A stretch of DNA of 64,000 bases from Myxococcota bacterium (GCA_965223415.1 OZ245002.1:3776001-3840000); one strand, 5' to 3'; counted from the stretch's first letter, positions 18,185 to 28,407 are shown. The notes: generated from the letters alone by a model not told the origin. Program-made: numbers and translations.

Positions 18185-19882
18185 CTACGGGGATGTACCC
18201 CCTTCCTGCGGAACCACGATGACGATCTCCCGCCGCCCGGTGCGTGCCGAGCCGACGATCTCTACCGGCGTCACGGCCTCGACGCGGTCGAGCTTGCGGC
18301 GTTTGACCACGATCGTGCGGCCACCGTCCCCGAAGAACGCCGCCACGTCCTCGGACGTGCGGAGTGGATGGATGCGCCGCTTGCCGTAGTAAGCGAGGCC
18401 TCCCGTGAGGGCGCGGTCGCTCACCAGGCCGACCGGTGCCTCCGGCGGCGTCACCTTCGACGCGGCCTCCGCGATGGGACGGGGCGAGCGGATCGGGTCG
18501 AGGGCCGGATAGAGCAGGGCGAAGACCGCGAGCTCGACGGCGAAGATCGTCGCCACGGCGACGGCGGCGTAGCCGAGGAGCGGAGCGCGGTTGCGCTGCA
18601 GGACGACCCAGGCGACGACGCCGGCGGAGGCGACGCCGATCAGGCCGCAGCCGAAGGCGATGAGGAAGGGGGTGTCGAGGGCGGGCACCATCCCGCGCCA
18701 CGCGGCGATCGGGGCGAACGAGTGGCCGAGGCCGGCGGCCACCGCCTCGAGACCGACCACGAAGGCGAGCAGGCCGAAGGAGGCGGGGATCAGCGAAGCC
18801 AGTCGGGGCAGCGCCGTGCGTCCTGCCAGGCCGCGGATGCAGGCGTCCGCACACAGCAGGGCCGCGGCCGGAAACGCCGGCACCATGTAGAGGCCGCGCT
18901 TGCCGCTCGAGATCGAGAAGAACACCAGGCTCGCGCCGACCCAGGCGAGCAGGAAGCGCCACGCGCGGCGACTGCGCTCCTCCGGTGCGCCTTCCGCCTG
19001 GAACACCCGGCGCCTTCCCACCCACCACACGCCGGGCCAGAGCACCGTCCAGGGCAGGAAGTCGAGGGGGAACTTGTAGAGGAAGTAGTAGAAGGGGCGG
19101 GCATGGGAGGTGCCCTGGAAGAAGCGGCCGAAGAGGTTCGTGCCCACGGCCTCGTCGGCGAAGCCGGAGGGCGCCAGGGCGGTGGCGGCGCCCACCCACG
19201 CGAGGCCCGGTCCGAGGGAGAGCAGCAGGGCCCAGGGCGGGAAGACCCGGCCGAGATCGCGCAGCCGGCGCTCCCAGGCCAGGAAGACGACGATCGTCAG
19301 GACCGGGAGCAGGAAGCCCACCGGCCCCTTGGTGAGCACGCCGAGCCCCAGGGCCCCGTGCAGGAGCGCCACCCACAGGCGCTGCCGGCCCAGGCCGCGG
19401 TCGACCCACCAGAACGCCAGCAGCGCTGCCAGCTCGCAGGCGGCGAGGAGTACGTCGAGCTGCACGCGCCGGCCCAGGTGCCCGAACTCGTAGACGGTCA
19501 GCAGCAGGGCGGCGCCAAGCACACCGGCCGCGCTGCCGAAGAGCCGCGAGCCCAGGAGCAGGGTGAGCGCCACGCAGGCGATGCCCGCGAGGCCCGAGGG
19601 CAGGCGGGCGAGGCCCTCGCTCACCTCGCCGAAGGGTGCGCCCAGGGCGGCGGCCATCCAGAAGTACAGCGGCGGCTTCTGGGTGTAGACCTCGCCGTTC
19701 AGGTGCATGACGACGAGGCCTACGACGCCGTGGCCCATCGCACGCATCTCCTCCGCGACCTGCAGGTAGCGGGGCTCGTCGGGGGCCGAGGCGTCGACGC
19801 CTCCCAGCCAGGTGAGCAGCAGCAACACGGCGGCCGCCAGGACGGCGGCCCGCAGCCGGGGGCCCGCCTGGAGCTCGGTCAA
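18185..19882 (-). CDS. ArnT/PMT-like (GT39/GT83) membrane glycosyltransferase
   Basis: DEPRY, KPPLYFW, LTKGPVG, PFYYF, KRGLY; many TM helices; TTG start after GGGAGAGG. Confidence 0.85.
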   Translation of the reverse strand: MTELQAGPRLRAAVLAAAVLLLLTWLGGVDASAPDEPRYLQVAEEMRAMGHGVVGLVVMHLNGEVYTQKPPLYFWMAAALGAPFGEVSEGLARLPSGLAGIACVALTLLLGSRLFGSAAGVLGAALLLTVYEFGHLGRRVQLDVLLAACELAALLAFWWVDRGLGRQRLWVALLHGALGLGVLTKGPVGFLLPVLTIVVFLAWERRLRDLGRVFPPWALLLSLGPGLAWVGAATALAPSGFADEAVGTNLFGRFFQGTSHARPFYYFLYKFPLDFLPWTVLWPGVWWVGRRRVFQAEGAPEERSRRAWRFLLAWVGASLVFFSISSGKRGLYMVPAFPAAALLCADACIRGLAGRTALPRLASLIPASFGLLAFVVGLEAVAAGLGHSFAPIAAWRGMVPALDTPFLIAFGCGLIGVASAGVVAWVVLQRNRAPLLGYAAVAVATIFAVELAVFALLYPALDPIRSPRPIAEAASKVTPPEAPVGLVSDRALTGGLAYYGKRRIHPLRTSEDVAAFFGDGGRTIVVKRRKLDRVEAVTPVEIVGSARTGRREIVIVVPQEGGTSP

Positions 19883-19959
19883 CCTCTCCCTCCCTCCCGT
19901 CGCTCGTCCAGTTCGGAAACGGGCGGCACACGGTACCCTCTCGGGCACGGAGGTGCCCC

Positions 19960-20568
19960 ATGGCCGATCCCGAGAGCGCCGACTTCCCGTCCCTGCTTCG
20001 CGGCGACGACATCCAGATGGAACGGGTCGCCGCATTCCTCGACGGGCTGAGCCACGCCCAGCGCGTCGAGGCGATTCGCAGCGCGGGGCGCCGGGAGCAG
20101 GCGCGGCTCTACCGCTCCGCGCAGGGCTTCGCGCCTGTCCGGCTCGAGGAACTCGTGCCGCCCGGCATCGGCGACGGCAAGACCGTGCGCCACTTCGGCA
20201 AGAACACGCTGCCCGCATTCACCCACTTCGAGAAGCGCTTCTGCCGACCGGCGGGCCAGGAGCCCGAGGCGCCGGAGCAGCTCTGGGGCTTCAACTTCCA
20301 GACGATGCAGCCCGTGACCGGCCCCGGGTACTTCATCGCGCGGCCTTCGCCGGAGGCCCCCGAGGTGTGGGTCGACTACCACCTCGTGCCGCCGGAGGCG
20401 CCGGCGGGCTGGCCGCCGGTCCGCACGAACGAGCGCGGGCTCGGGCGCTTCGTCTACGGCTTCATGATCGACACGCTGCGGCGGGTGTCCGAGCACGTCA
20501 CGATCGGCTCGGCGGCGCGCAAGGGCAAGGACCTCGGCAGCTGGTTCCTGCTGACGCGGGAGCCCTGA
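19960..20568 (+). CDS. Hypothetical protein
   Basis: GGAGG SD; coupled to the next gene (TGATG); aromatic-rich motifs HFGKNTLPAFTHFEKRF and FVYGFMIDTLR. Confidence 0.75.
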   Translation: MADPESADFPSLLRGDDIQMERVAAFLDGLSHAQRVEAIRSAGRREQARLYRSAQGFAPVRLEELVPPGIGDGKTVRHFGKNTLPAFTHFEKRFCRPAGQEPEAPEQLWGFNFQTMQPVTGPGYFIARPSPEAPEVWVDYHLVPPEAPAGWPPVRTNERGLGRFVYGFMIDTLRRVSEHVTIGSAARKGKDLGSWFLLTREP

Positions 20569-21518
20569 TGACGGTGACGCTCGAAGACCGGACGATCCTC
20601 GTCACGGGAGCCACCGGCCAGGTGGCCTTCCCGATCGCGCGGGCCCTCGCCCGCAGCAACCGGGTGCTGGCCCTCGGACGCTTCGCCGAGGAGGAGGACC
20701 GGGAGCGCATCCGGGGCATCGGCGCCGAGGCCCTGCGCGCGGACCTCGCCGCCGGCGATCTCTCGGCCGTGCCCGGCGACGTCGACTACGTCCTGCACTT
20801 TGCCGTCGTGCGCAGCTCCACGCCGGACTTCGACGGCGATCTGGCGATGAACGCCGAGGGCGTGGGCGCGCTGATGGCGCACTGCCGCGAGGCGCAGGCC
20901 TTCCTGCACTGCTCGACGGCGGCGGTGTACCAGGCGGCGGACGGCGAACCCCGCAGCGAAGGCGATCCCCTGGGCGATCACCACCGCGTGATGATGCCCA
21001 CCTACAGCCTGGCGAAGATCGCGGCCGAGGCGGTGGTGCGCTTCGCGGCCCGCCAATGGCAGCTGCCGACGACGATCGCGCGGCTCGGCGTGCCCTACGG
21101 CGACCAGGGCGGCTGGCCCTGGTACCACCTGATGATGATGAAGAGCGGCGTGCCGATCCCGGTGCACGAGCGCGGGCCGAATCGCTTCCCGCTCCTGCAC
21201 GAGGACGACTACCTGCGGCACGTGCCGGGCCTGCTCGAGATGGCCGACGTGCCCGCGACCGCGGTGAACTGGGCCGGCAGCGAGGACACCTGTATCGAGG
21301 ACTGGTGCGCGTACCTGGGCGAGCTCACCGGCCTCGAGCCGAAGCTCGAGGCGAGTGAGCAGGCGCTGGCGCCCCTGCCGCTCGACGTGGCGAAGCTCGA
21401 GGCGCGGCAGGGCCCCTCCCGCGTCCCCTGGCGGGAGGGCCTCCGCCGCATGGTCGAGGCGCGGAACCCGGAGCTCCTGGCCGGGGCGGCCGCCAGCGGG
21501 GGCACGGGCCAGGAGTGA
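20568..21518 (+). CDS. NAD-dependent epimerase/dehydratase (extended SDR)
   Basis: ILVTGATGQVA, STAAVY, YSLAK. Confidence 0.88.
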   Translation: MTVTLEDRTILVTGATGQVAFPIARALARSNRVLALGRFAEEEDRERIRGIGAEALRADLAAGDLSAVPGDVDYVLHFAVVRSSTPDFDGDLAMNAEGVGALMAHCREAQAFLHCSTAAVYQAADGEPRSEGDPLGDHHRVMMPTYSLAKIAAEAVVRFAARQWQLPTTIARLGVPYGDQGGWPWYHLMMMKSGVPIPVHERGPNRFPLLHEDDYLRHVPGLLEMADVPATAVNWAGSEDTCIEDWCAYLGELTGLEPKLEASEQALAPLPLDVAKLEARQGPSRVPWREGLRRMVEARNPELLAGAAASGGTGQE

Positions 21519-22240
21519 GCGGCGATCCCTACCTCTCGGTTGTCGTGCCCGTGTACGACGAGGCCGACAACCTGGAGACGCTCCACGGCGAGCTCGACCA
21601 GGCCCTGGCGGAGATCCCTGGCGGTGTCGAATTCGTGTACGTGGACGACGGAAGCCGGGACGGGAGCCGGGAGGCGCTGCTCGGCCTGGCCAAGCGCGAC
21701 GCCCGCGTGCGGGTGCTCTGCATGGTCCGCAACGCCGGCCAGAGCGCCGCTCTCGATGCGGGCTTCCGGGCGGTGCGCGGTGAGATCACCGCCACCCTCG
21801 ACGCGGACCTCCAGAACGATCCCGCCGATCTGCCGCGGCTGCTGGCCGCCCTGGACGAGGCCGACGTCGTGAACGGCGTGCGCGCGACCCGGCGCGACAG
21901 CTGGGTGCGCAAGCTCTCGTCGCGCATCGGCAATGGCTTCCGCAACTGGATGACCGGCGAGTCGGTCACCGACGTCGGCTGCTCCCTCCGCGTCATGCGC
22001 ACCCGCTTCCTGCGCGGCGTCACGCTCCACCGGGGCATGCACCGCTTCCTGCCGACGTTGCTGCGCATGCAGGGCGCCCGCCTCATCGAGCTGCCGGTCA
22101 ACCACCGCCCGCGCCTCCACGGCCAGTCCAAGTACGGCATCGGCAACCGCCTCTTCGTCGGTCTCGCCGACGTCTTCGCCGTCCGCTGGATGCAGAGCCG
22201 ACACCTCCACTACGAGGTCGAGGAAACGGAACGGGAGTAA
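21515..22240 (+). CDS. GT2 polyprenol-phosphate glycosyltransferase (DPM/ArnC-like)
   Basis: SVVVPVYDE, VDDGSRDGS, NAGQSAA, DADLQNDP, MHRFLP. Confidence 0.9.
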   Translation: MSGDPYLSVVVPVYDEADNLETLHGELDQALAEIPGGVEFVYVDDGSRDGSREALLGLAKRDARVRVLCMVRNAGQSAALDAGFRAVRGEITATLDADLQNDPADLPRLLAALDEADVVNGVRATRRDSWVRKLSSRIGNGFRNWMTGESVTDVGCSLRVMRTRFLRGVTLHRGMHRFLPTLLRMQGARLIELPVNHRPRLHGQSKYGIGNRLFVGLADVFAVRWMQSRHLHYEVEETERE

Positions 22241-22254
22241 CGCTCCCGTTGCGC

Positions 22255-22590
22255 TCAGCCGCCGGCGCGCTTGACGGTGTAGCTGCGGGCTTCGAGCTCG
22301 GCGACGAGAGTGTCGCGGTGGTCGCCCTGGATCTCGATGACACCGTCCTTCACGGCGCCGCCGGTGCCGCAGAGGCGCTTCAGGTCCTTGGCGAGGTCCT
22401 TCAGGTCGGGCCCGGCGAGGGGGATGCCGGAGACGGTCGTCACGGTCTTGCCGCCGCGGCCCCGGGTCTCCCGGCGCACGCGGACGACGCCGTCGCCGGC
22501 CACCGCCGCCGCCTCGTCCCGCGGGCGGCTGCGCGGAGAGCGCAGGTCGCCCTTCTCCGAGGACCAGACCGTGCGATCCCGGCGGCTCAC
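22255..22590 (-). CDS. yciH: SUI1-family translation factor
   Basis: GRGGKTVT, LKRLCGTGGAVKDGVIEIQGDHRD. Confidence 0.9.
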   Translation of the reverse strand: MSRRDRTVWSSEKGDLRSPRSRPRDEAAAVAGDGVVRVRRETRGRGGKTVTTVSGIPLAGPDLKDLAKDLKRLCGTGGAVKDGVIEIQGDHRDTLVAELEARSYTVKRAGG

Positions 22591-23603
22591 CCGCTCTCTC
22601 CTTCGCGGGCCTTGCGGGCGTAGCGCTCCAGCACGTGGGCCATCGTGTCCTCGGTCTGGATGCCGCCGAAGGGCCAGCCCCCCAGCATGAAGGTGGGGAC
22701 GCCGGTGACCTGGGCGTCCAGGGCCAGCAGGGTGAGCTCGTCGAGCTCGTCCATCGCGCGCTCCAGGGCGTCGGACTCGAAGGCCAGATCGAGCTCCGCG
22801 GCGAGGGCCACCACCTCCTCCACACCCGGCGCGTCCCGGCGCTCCTCGAAGAGCGCGGTCCAGATCCGCTCGCGCCAGGTCGTGTCGCGCCCGGCCCTTG
22901 CAGCGAGCAGCGCGCCGGCGCCGGCGGGGCGCGAGTCCATCCACACCGGCGGCGGCTCGACCGCCACGGCGAGGTCCGCCGCGATGCGCCGCGCGTTCGC
23001 GCGGCGAGCCTCCGGCATCTCTCGGCCCCGCGCGTAGCCGGTCATGCGGGAGAGATCGACCGGCGTCCACGCCAGCTCGACCCCCAGCTCCTCCAGGGTC
23101 GGCGCCATGCGGTCCATCACGCGGTGGGCTACGTAGCAGACCGTCGAGGCGAAGTCGTAGTGGACGGGAACCCGCAGCGGCGGGGCGGCCCCCAGCAGGC
23201 GCCCGTGGTCGACCATGAGGCAGCGGTCTTCGACGACTTCGACGCCCGCGTCCTCGAGCCGTCGGGCCGAGGCTTCGTGGCGGATGCCGAGCTGCATCCA
23301 CACCGCCCGCGGGCGCGGCTCGAGGGCCAGGATCTCGTCCACGTGGGCAGGCACGTGGGCCGGGGCGCGGAACAGGTTCACGAGGTCCGGGGCCTCCCGG
23401 AGCGCGCCGAGCGTCGGGACGCAGGGCTCCCCCAGCACCCGCTCGAGCTTCGGCGAAACCGGCAGGATGCGATAGCCGTGGCGCTGCATGTAGGCCGGCA
23501 CCCGATAGGCGTCGTCCCGGGCCCCGGCCTTGATGCCGACGACGGCGATGCTGTGCACGCCCTCGAGCAGCGCGCGGAGGCCGTCGTCCCGCTCCACCGG
23601 CAT
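22587..23603 (-). CDS. Fusion of a CoA-binding (YccU-like) domain and a DsbA/HCCA-isomerase-like thioredoxin domain
   Basis: N-term SIAVVG...VWMQLGI...VVEDRCLMVDH; C-term YDFASTVCY...VTGVPTFML. Confidence 0.8.
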   Translation of the reverse strand: MPVERDDGLRALLEGVHSIAVVGIKAGARDDAYRVPAYMQRHGYRILPVSPKLERVLGEPCVPTLGALREAPDLVNLFRAPAHVPAHVDEILALEPRPRAVWMQLGIRHEASARRLEDAGVEVVEDRCLMVDHGRLLGAAPPLRVPVHYDFASTVCYVAHRVMDRMAPTLEELGVELAWTPVDLSRMTGYARGREMPEARRANARRIAADLAVAVEPPPVWMDSRPAGAGALLAARAGRDTTWRERIWTALFEERRDAPGVEEVVALAAELDLAFESDALERAMDELDELTLLALDAQVTGVPTFMLGGWPFGGIQTEDTMAHVLERYARKAREGESG

Positions 23604-23692
23604 GGCGCCGAGGGTAGACGCCAGATCGCGCCCGACGCCACGTACCCGCGCGGCATGGCGCCCCATGACCCCGCTGGTTACCGTCCGTCGCC

Positions 23693-25087
23693 ATGAAGTC
23701 GGCCGGGCGGGCGCACGGACGGGTGAGGCGCCTCGCCCTGGGGATCGCGACGCTCCTCCTCGCGTGGGCCTCGGTCGCCGAGCCGCTCTTCGAGGATCCG
23801 GCCGATCGCCTCCAGAGCACGGTGCTGCCCAACGGGCTGACCGTCCTCACCCTGGAAGATCCGAGCACGCCGGTCGTGTCGTTCCAGATCTGGGTGGACG
23901 TGGGCTCCGGCGACGAGGCCCGCTGGACCGGCCTCGCCCACCTGTTCGAGCACATGATGTTCCGCGGCTCCGAGCACCTGCCGCCGGAGGCCCACCAGAC
24001 GATCCTCGAGCGGCGCGGCGCGCGGCTCAACGCATTCACGTCCCGGGACGTCACGGTCTACTTCGCCGACGTCACCCGGGAGAACCTGCCGCTGGTGATC
24101 GAGCTCGAGGCCGAGCGCCTGCGCTTCCTCGACGTGAGCGAGGCCAGTCTGGCCAGCGAGCGCGAGGTGGTGATCGAGGAGCGCCGCTTCCGCACCGAGA
24201 GCAACCCGGAAGGCAAGCTGTTCGAGCAGCTGATGGCGACGGCCTTCCAGGCCCATCCCTACCGCGTGCCGACCATCGGCTGGAAGAGCGACCTCGAGAA
24301 GATGGGCGTCGCCGAGTGCCGCGCCTTCTTCGACGACTACTATGCGGCGAACAACCTCGTCGTCGTCGTGGTCGGTGACTTCGACGCGGCGGAGACCCTC
24401 GCCCGCATCGAGGAGCACCTGGGCCCGCTGCGTTCCCGCCCGGACGTGCCGCGAAACCCCACCGAGGAGCCGGAGCAGAAGGGGGAGCGCCGGGCCACGG
24501 TCCACTTCGACGTGCGCGCGCCGACCCTCGCGATGGCCTGGCACGGGCCGCCCACCGGCCACCCGGACGCCGAGCCCCTCGACGTGATGAGCACCATCCT
24601 CTCGAGCGGGCGCACCAGTCGCCTCTACCGGCGCATGGTCCACGAGGAGCCCGTCGCTCTCGGCGCGAGTGCGAGCTACTGGGAGCTCGAGCGGGCCGGC
24701 GTCGTGTACGGCTTCGTGAACCTCCGCCCCGGGGTGGAGATCGCCCGGGCCGAGGCCGTCTTCCTGGAGGAGCTCGCGGCGATGCGCAGCGCGCCGCCCA
24801 GCGAGGCGGAGCTGGACAAGGCCAAGCGCACCCTGGAGGTCGGACTGATCGGCGGCCTCGGGACGAGTCACGCCCTGGCCATGCGCCTCGGCCGGGACTG
24901 GCTGGCCTTCGGCCGCGTTCGCCCGCTGCAGGAGCGGCTCGACGCCATCCACCGCGTGACCGCCGCCGACGTGCAGCGGGTCGCCCGCGCCTACCTCCGT
25001 CCGGACAAGCGCACGGTGGTCCAGCTCGTGGCCCCGCCCGAGGAAGCCCGGGAAGCGTCCGCGTCCGCAGCCGGGGAGGGCTCGTGA
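23693..25087 (+). CDS. M16 zinc peptidase, catalytic subunit
   Basis: GLAHLFEHMMFRGS (HxxEH), NAFTSRD, signal peptide. Confidence 0.9.
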   Translation: MKSAGRAHGRVRRLALGIATLLLAWASVAEPLFEDPADRLQSTVLPNGLTVLTLEDPSTPVVSFQIWVDVGSGDEARWTGLAHLFEHMMFRGSEHLPPEAHQTILERRGARLNAFTSRDVTVYFADVTRENLPLVIELEAERLRFLDVSEASLASEREVVIEERRFRTESNPEGKLFEQLMATAFQAHPYRVPTIGWKSDLEKMGVAECRAFFDDYYAANNLVVVVVGDFDAAETLARIEEHLGPLRSRPDVPRNPTEEPEQKGERRATVHFDVRAPTLAMAWHGPPTGHPDAEPLDVMSTILSSGRTSRLYRRMVHEEPVALGASASYWELERAGVVYGFVNLRPGVEIARAEAVFLEELAAMRSAPPSEAELDKAKRTLEVGLIGGLGTSHALAMRLGRDWLAFGRVRPLQERLDAIHRVTAADVQRVARAYLRPDKRTVVQLVAPPEEAREASASAAGEGS

Positions 25088-26517
25088 GTCGCGCCCTCGC
25101 CCTGGTGCTGGTCGTCTCCGCCGGCTTCGCGCTCGGCTGCAGCGCGACCCTTGGGCTCGCTCCCCGCGCGCCCCACGCCTGGGAGCTGCCGCCGCCGCTG
25201 GCGCCGGATCGTCCGGTGACCGACGCCTCTCGCCTGCACCGGCGGACCCTCGCCAACGGTCTCACCGTCCTGATCCTCGAGGACCGCCGGCTGCCGCGCC
25301 TGGACATGGGCGTCACCGTGCGCCGGGGCGCTGCGATCGTGGCCCTGGAGCAGGCGGGTCTCGCGGCCTTCACCGCCGAGCTGATGGGACGGGGCGCCGG
25401 CGAGCGCAGCGCCCTCGAGCTGGCGGAGGTGGTCGATGCCCTCGGCGCCGAGCTGGCCGTGTCGGCCAGCTGGGACGCCATGAGCGCCGGCGTCGGCGGC
25501 CTGAGCCGCGACCGGGACGCGCTCTTCGACGTGCTGGCCGACGTCGTCCTGCGCCCCCGTTTCGACGCCGACGAAGTCGAGCGGGTGCGGGCGGAGCAGC
25601 TCGCCGCCCTCGAGAAGGCCCGGGAGAACCCGGAGACCCTGGCCGCCTGGAGCTTCGCCCTCGCCCTGAACCGGGGGCATCCCTATCAGTGGCCGACTTC
25701 CGGGCGCCCGGACACGGTGGCGGCGCTGGATGCCGAGGACGCGCGGGCCTTCCACCGCCGGGTCTTCGTGCCGGGGAACGCCGTCTTTTTCGCCGTCGGC
25801 GATCTCGACCCCGATGTCCTCGCCGCGCGGGTCGAAGAGGCCTACGGCGGCTGGCGCGCAGGGCCGGTCCCCGAGCTCGGCCCCGAGCCCCCCGAGCGTT
25901 CCGGCCGCGAGGTCGTCGTGGTCGATCGCCCCGATCTCGGCCAGGCCCAAATCCTGATCGGGCATCCGGGCACCACCCGCACCGAGCCGCGGCGCATCCC
26001 GATCCAGGTGATGAACACCGTGCTCGGCAGTGCCGGCTTCTCCTCCCGCCTGATGTCGAAGATCCGGGCGGAGGAGGGGCTCACCTACGGCATCTACAGC
26101 CAGTTCGCCGGTCGCCGCCGGACGGGGCCCTTCGCGGTCAGCACCTTCACGCGGGTGCCCGAGGTGGGCCGGGTCGTCGAGCTCACCCTCGCCGAGCTGG
26201 AGCGCATTCGCGGCGAGCCGCCCAGCGGCGAGGAGCTGGCCGCCGCCAAGACCCTCCTGGCCGGCCGCTTCGCCCTCGGCCTCGAGACCTCGACGGCCGT
26301 GCTCTCCGGTCTGGTGGACCTCGACGTGCACGAGCTCCCGGCCGATTCCCTCGACACCTATCGCGGCCGCATCCGGGCCGTCAGCGCCGAGGAGACCGCG
26401 GCCGCGGCCCGCGACTTCGTGCGGCCCCAGGACGCGCTGATCGTCGCGGTCGGTCCGGCCGAGACCTTGGTCCCCCAGCTCGAGCCCTTCGGGCCGGTCC
26501 GCGTCGTCCAGCCCTAG
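25084..26517 (+). CDS. M16 peptidase, non-catalytic subunit (probable lipoprotein)
   Basis: No HxxEH; FSSRLMSKIRAEEGLTYGIYS; ALGC lipobox-like motif. Confidence 0.85.
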   Translation: MSRALALVLVVSAGFALGCSATLGLAPRAPHAWELPPPLAPDRPVTDASRLHRRTLANGLTVLILEDRRLPRLDMGVTVRRGAAIVALEQAGLAAFTAELMGRGAGERSALELAEVVDALGAELAVSASWDAMSAGVGGLSRDRDALFDVLADVVLRPRFDADEVERVRAEQLAALEKARENPETLAAWSFALALNRGHPYQWPTSGRPDTVAALDAEDARAFHRRVFVPGNAVFFAVGDLDPDVLAARVEEAYGGWRAGPVPELGPEPPERSGREVVVVDRPDLGQAQILIGHPGTTRTEPRRIPIQVMNTVLGSAGFSSRLMSKIRAEEGLTYGIYSQFAGRRRTGPFAVSTFTRVPEVGRVVELTLAELERIRGEPPSGEELAAAKTLLAGRFALGLETSTAVLSGLVDLDVHELPADSLDTYRGRIRAVSAEETAAAARDFVRPQDALIVAVGPAETLVPQLEPFGPVRVVQP

Positions 26518-26563
26518 GCGGGCCCTGCTCCCTTCCCTCCCTCCGCGATCGGCGAGATTCCCC

Positions 26564-26616
26564 TTGCCGCCCGACCGGTCGGTCGGGTAGGGTCAAGCGG
26601 CCCGACCGATCGGTCG
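26564..26616 (+). promoter_or_regulatory. Promoter with two palindromic operators (CGACCG-NN-CGGTCG), likely TetR autoregulation
   Basis: CCCGACCG-GT-CGGTCGGG (26570-26587) between TTGCCG and TAGGGT; CGACCGATCGGTCG (26603-26616). Confidence 0.7.
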
Positions 26617-26649
26617 AAGGGGAAGGCCCCCGCACCGAGCCGCCAGAGG

Positions 26650-27333
26650 TTGGCCTCTTTGAACGAGCCCCAGCCCTTCCACCCGAGCTCTCGCGACAAG
26701 ATCGTCGAAGTGGCCGAGGGCCGCTTCGCGAAGCGCGGCTACGCCGGCGTGGGGCTGCGGGAGGTCGCCGAGGCGGCCGGACTCTCCAAGTCCTCCCTCT
26801 TCCACCACTTCCCCAGCAAGGCGGCCCTGTACTGCAGCGTGCTCGACGGCGTGCTGCGGCGGCTCGAGGCGCGGATCGTCCCGGCCATGGCCGGCGAAGG
26901 CGCTCCGCTGGCGCGTCTGGAGGCCGGCCTCGACGAACTGATCTCCGCGCTGGCGGAGCAGGCGACGACGGCGCGGCTGCTTCTCCGCGCGCTCTTCGAG
27001 GACGACGACCTGCCCGACGAAGGCCTGCCCGAGGCCGACGCCATGAACGCGACGATGGTCCGCGTGATCGGCGCGCTCCATGCCGTGATCGAGGCGGGGG
27101 TCGCCGACGGCAGCTTCCGCGCCGTCTCGGTGCCCCACACCCTGCAGACGCTGATCGGCGCCACGATCTACCACTTTGCGTCCGGTGAGTTCGGCGACGA
27201 GCTGCTCGGCCGTCCGCTGTTCTCCGGCGAGGCGGTCGCCGCCCGCCGGCAAGAGGTCAAGGCCTTCGTTCGATCCGGGCTGGTCGCCCCGGTCGACGCC
27301 AGCGACTCCGCGCCCAAGGAGAGGAACCCGTGA
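26650..27333 (+). CDS. TetR/AcrR family regulator
   Basis: FAKRGYAGVGLREVAEAAGLSKSSLFHHFPSK HTH. Confidence 0.92.
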   Translation: MASLNEPQPFHPSSRDKIVEVAEGRFAKRGYAGVGLREVAEAAGLSKSSLFHHFPSKAALYCSVLDGVLRRLEARIVPAMAGEGAPLARLEAGLDELISALAEQATTARLLLRALFEDDDLPDEGLPEADAMNATMVRVIGALHAVIEAGVADGSFRAVSVPHTLQTLIGATIYHFASGEFGDELLGRPLFSGEAVAARRQEVKAFVRSGLVAPVDASDSAPKERNP

Positions 27334-28400
27334 AGAAGCTGATGGAAGAGCACCGTAAGAAGTTCGGCGAGTTCGAGGTGATCGAATGGGTCGACGAGGC
27401 GGAGATCCAGGCGATCCGCGACAGGGTCGACATCGACGTGCCCCTCGACGTGAACTGGACCTGGGAGTACGGCAGCGAGGTCGCCGAGCTGCGCAGCCTG
27501 TACGAGAAGGGCAAGGTGAACCAGTGGAACGCGGAGCTCGACCTCGACTGGGACATCCCGGTCTCGAAGGACGAGTGGGTGCTGAAGCCCGAGGCCTCGC
27601 TGATGGCGCAGGCCTGCAAGCTGATGGGCCAGGACGAGGCCACCCAGAAGGCCGCCGCCTGGGACGAGCTGGCCTTCACCCTCTCCCAGCTGCTGCACGG
27701 CGAGCAGGCGGCGCTGCAGCTCTGCGGCCAGCTCACCAACGTCTGCCCGACCATGGACCAGAAGTGGTACGCGTCGAGCCAGGTGATCGACGAGGCCCGC
27801 CACGTCGAGGTGATTTCGAAGTTCCTGCAGCGCAAGATGGGGACGATCTACCCGGTCGGCGCCACCCTGAAGCTGTTGCTCGACGAGCTGCTCGAGGCCC
27901 AGGGCGTGCAGAAGAAGACCCTCGGCATGCAGACGCTCTTCGAGGGCACCGCGGTCGGCATCATGGACATGATGCGCACCGAGAGCCTGAACCCGCTCTT
28001 TACCGAGATGATCAAGCGGGTCGAGCAGGACGAGAGTCGCCACGCCGCCTTCGGCGTCCTCACCATGCGGCGCGTGGTGAAGGAGGCGACCGACGAGGAG
28101 ATGGCCGAGATGGAGGATTGGGCCTTCCAGATCCTCGAGGCCCTGAACGCGAACCAGCAGCTCGACATGCTGCGAGTGCTCGGCCCGAAGTACGACATCG
28201 ACGGCGAGAACGTCGTGAAGCTGATGATGGGCCTCCCGAACTACGCGGAGCTCAACAGCCTGGCCTTCATGCACACGGTCGTGCCGAACCTCCAGCGCCT
28301 CGGCCTGATCACCGAACGCACCGAGGACGGCTGGCGGCAGGCCGCGATGCTGGTCGAGCAGCGGGGCGCCGCGAAGGGGGAGCTGCCCCTGGTCGGCTAG
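27330..28400 (+). CDS. Ferritin-like di-iron protein (AurF-like oxygenase superfamily)
   Basis: HGEQAAL, DEARH, FEG, QDESRH ligand pattern. Confidence 0.8.
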   Translation: MKKLMEEHRKKFGEFEVIEWVDEAEIQAIRDRVDIDVPLDVNWTWEYGSEVAELRSLYEKGKVNQWNAELDLDWDIPVSKDEWVLKPEASLMAQACKLMGQDEATQKAAAWDELAFTLSQLLHGEQAALQLCGQLTNVCPTMDQKWYASSQVIDEARHVEVISKFLQRKMGTIYPVGATLKLLLDELLEAQGVQKKTLGMQTLFEGTAVGIMDMMRTESLNPLFTEMIKRVEQDESRHAAFGVLTMRRVVKEATDEEMAEMEDWAFQILEALNANQQLDMLRVLGPKYDIDGENVVKLMMGLPNYAELNSLAFMHTVVPNLQRLGLITERTEDGWRQAAMLVEQRGAAKGELPLVG

Positions 28401-28407
28401 GAGGCCC

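Noticed and set aside
16617..20012. 1131-aa extended citrate synthase
   Set aside because: The N-terminal extension is an alternative frame over the ArnT-like gene; the real start is 17900
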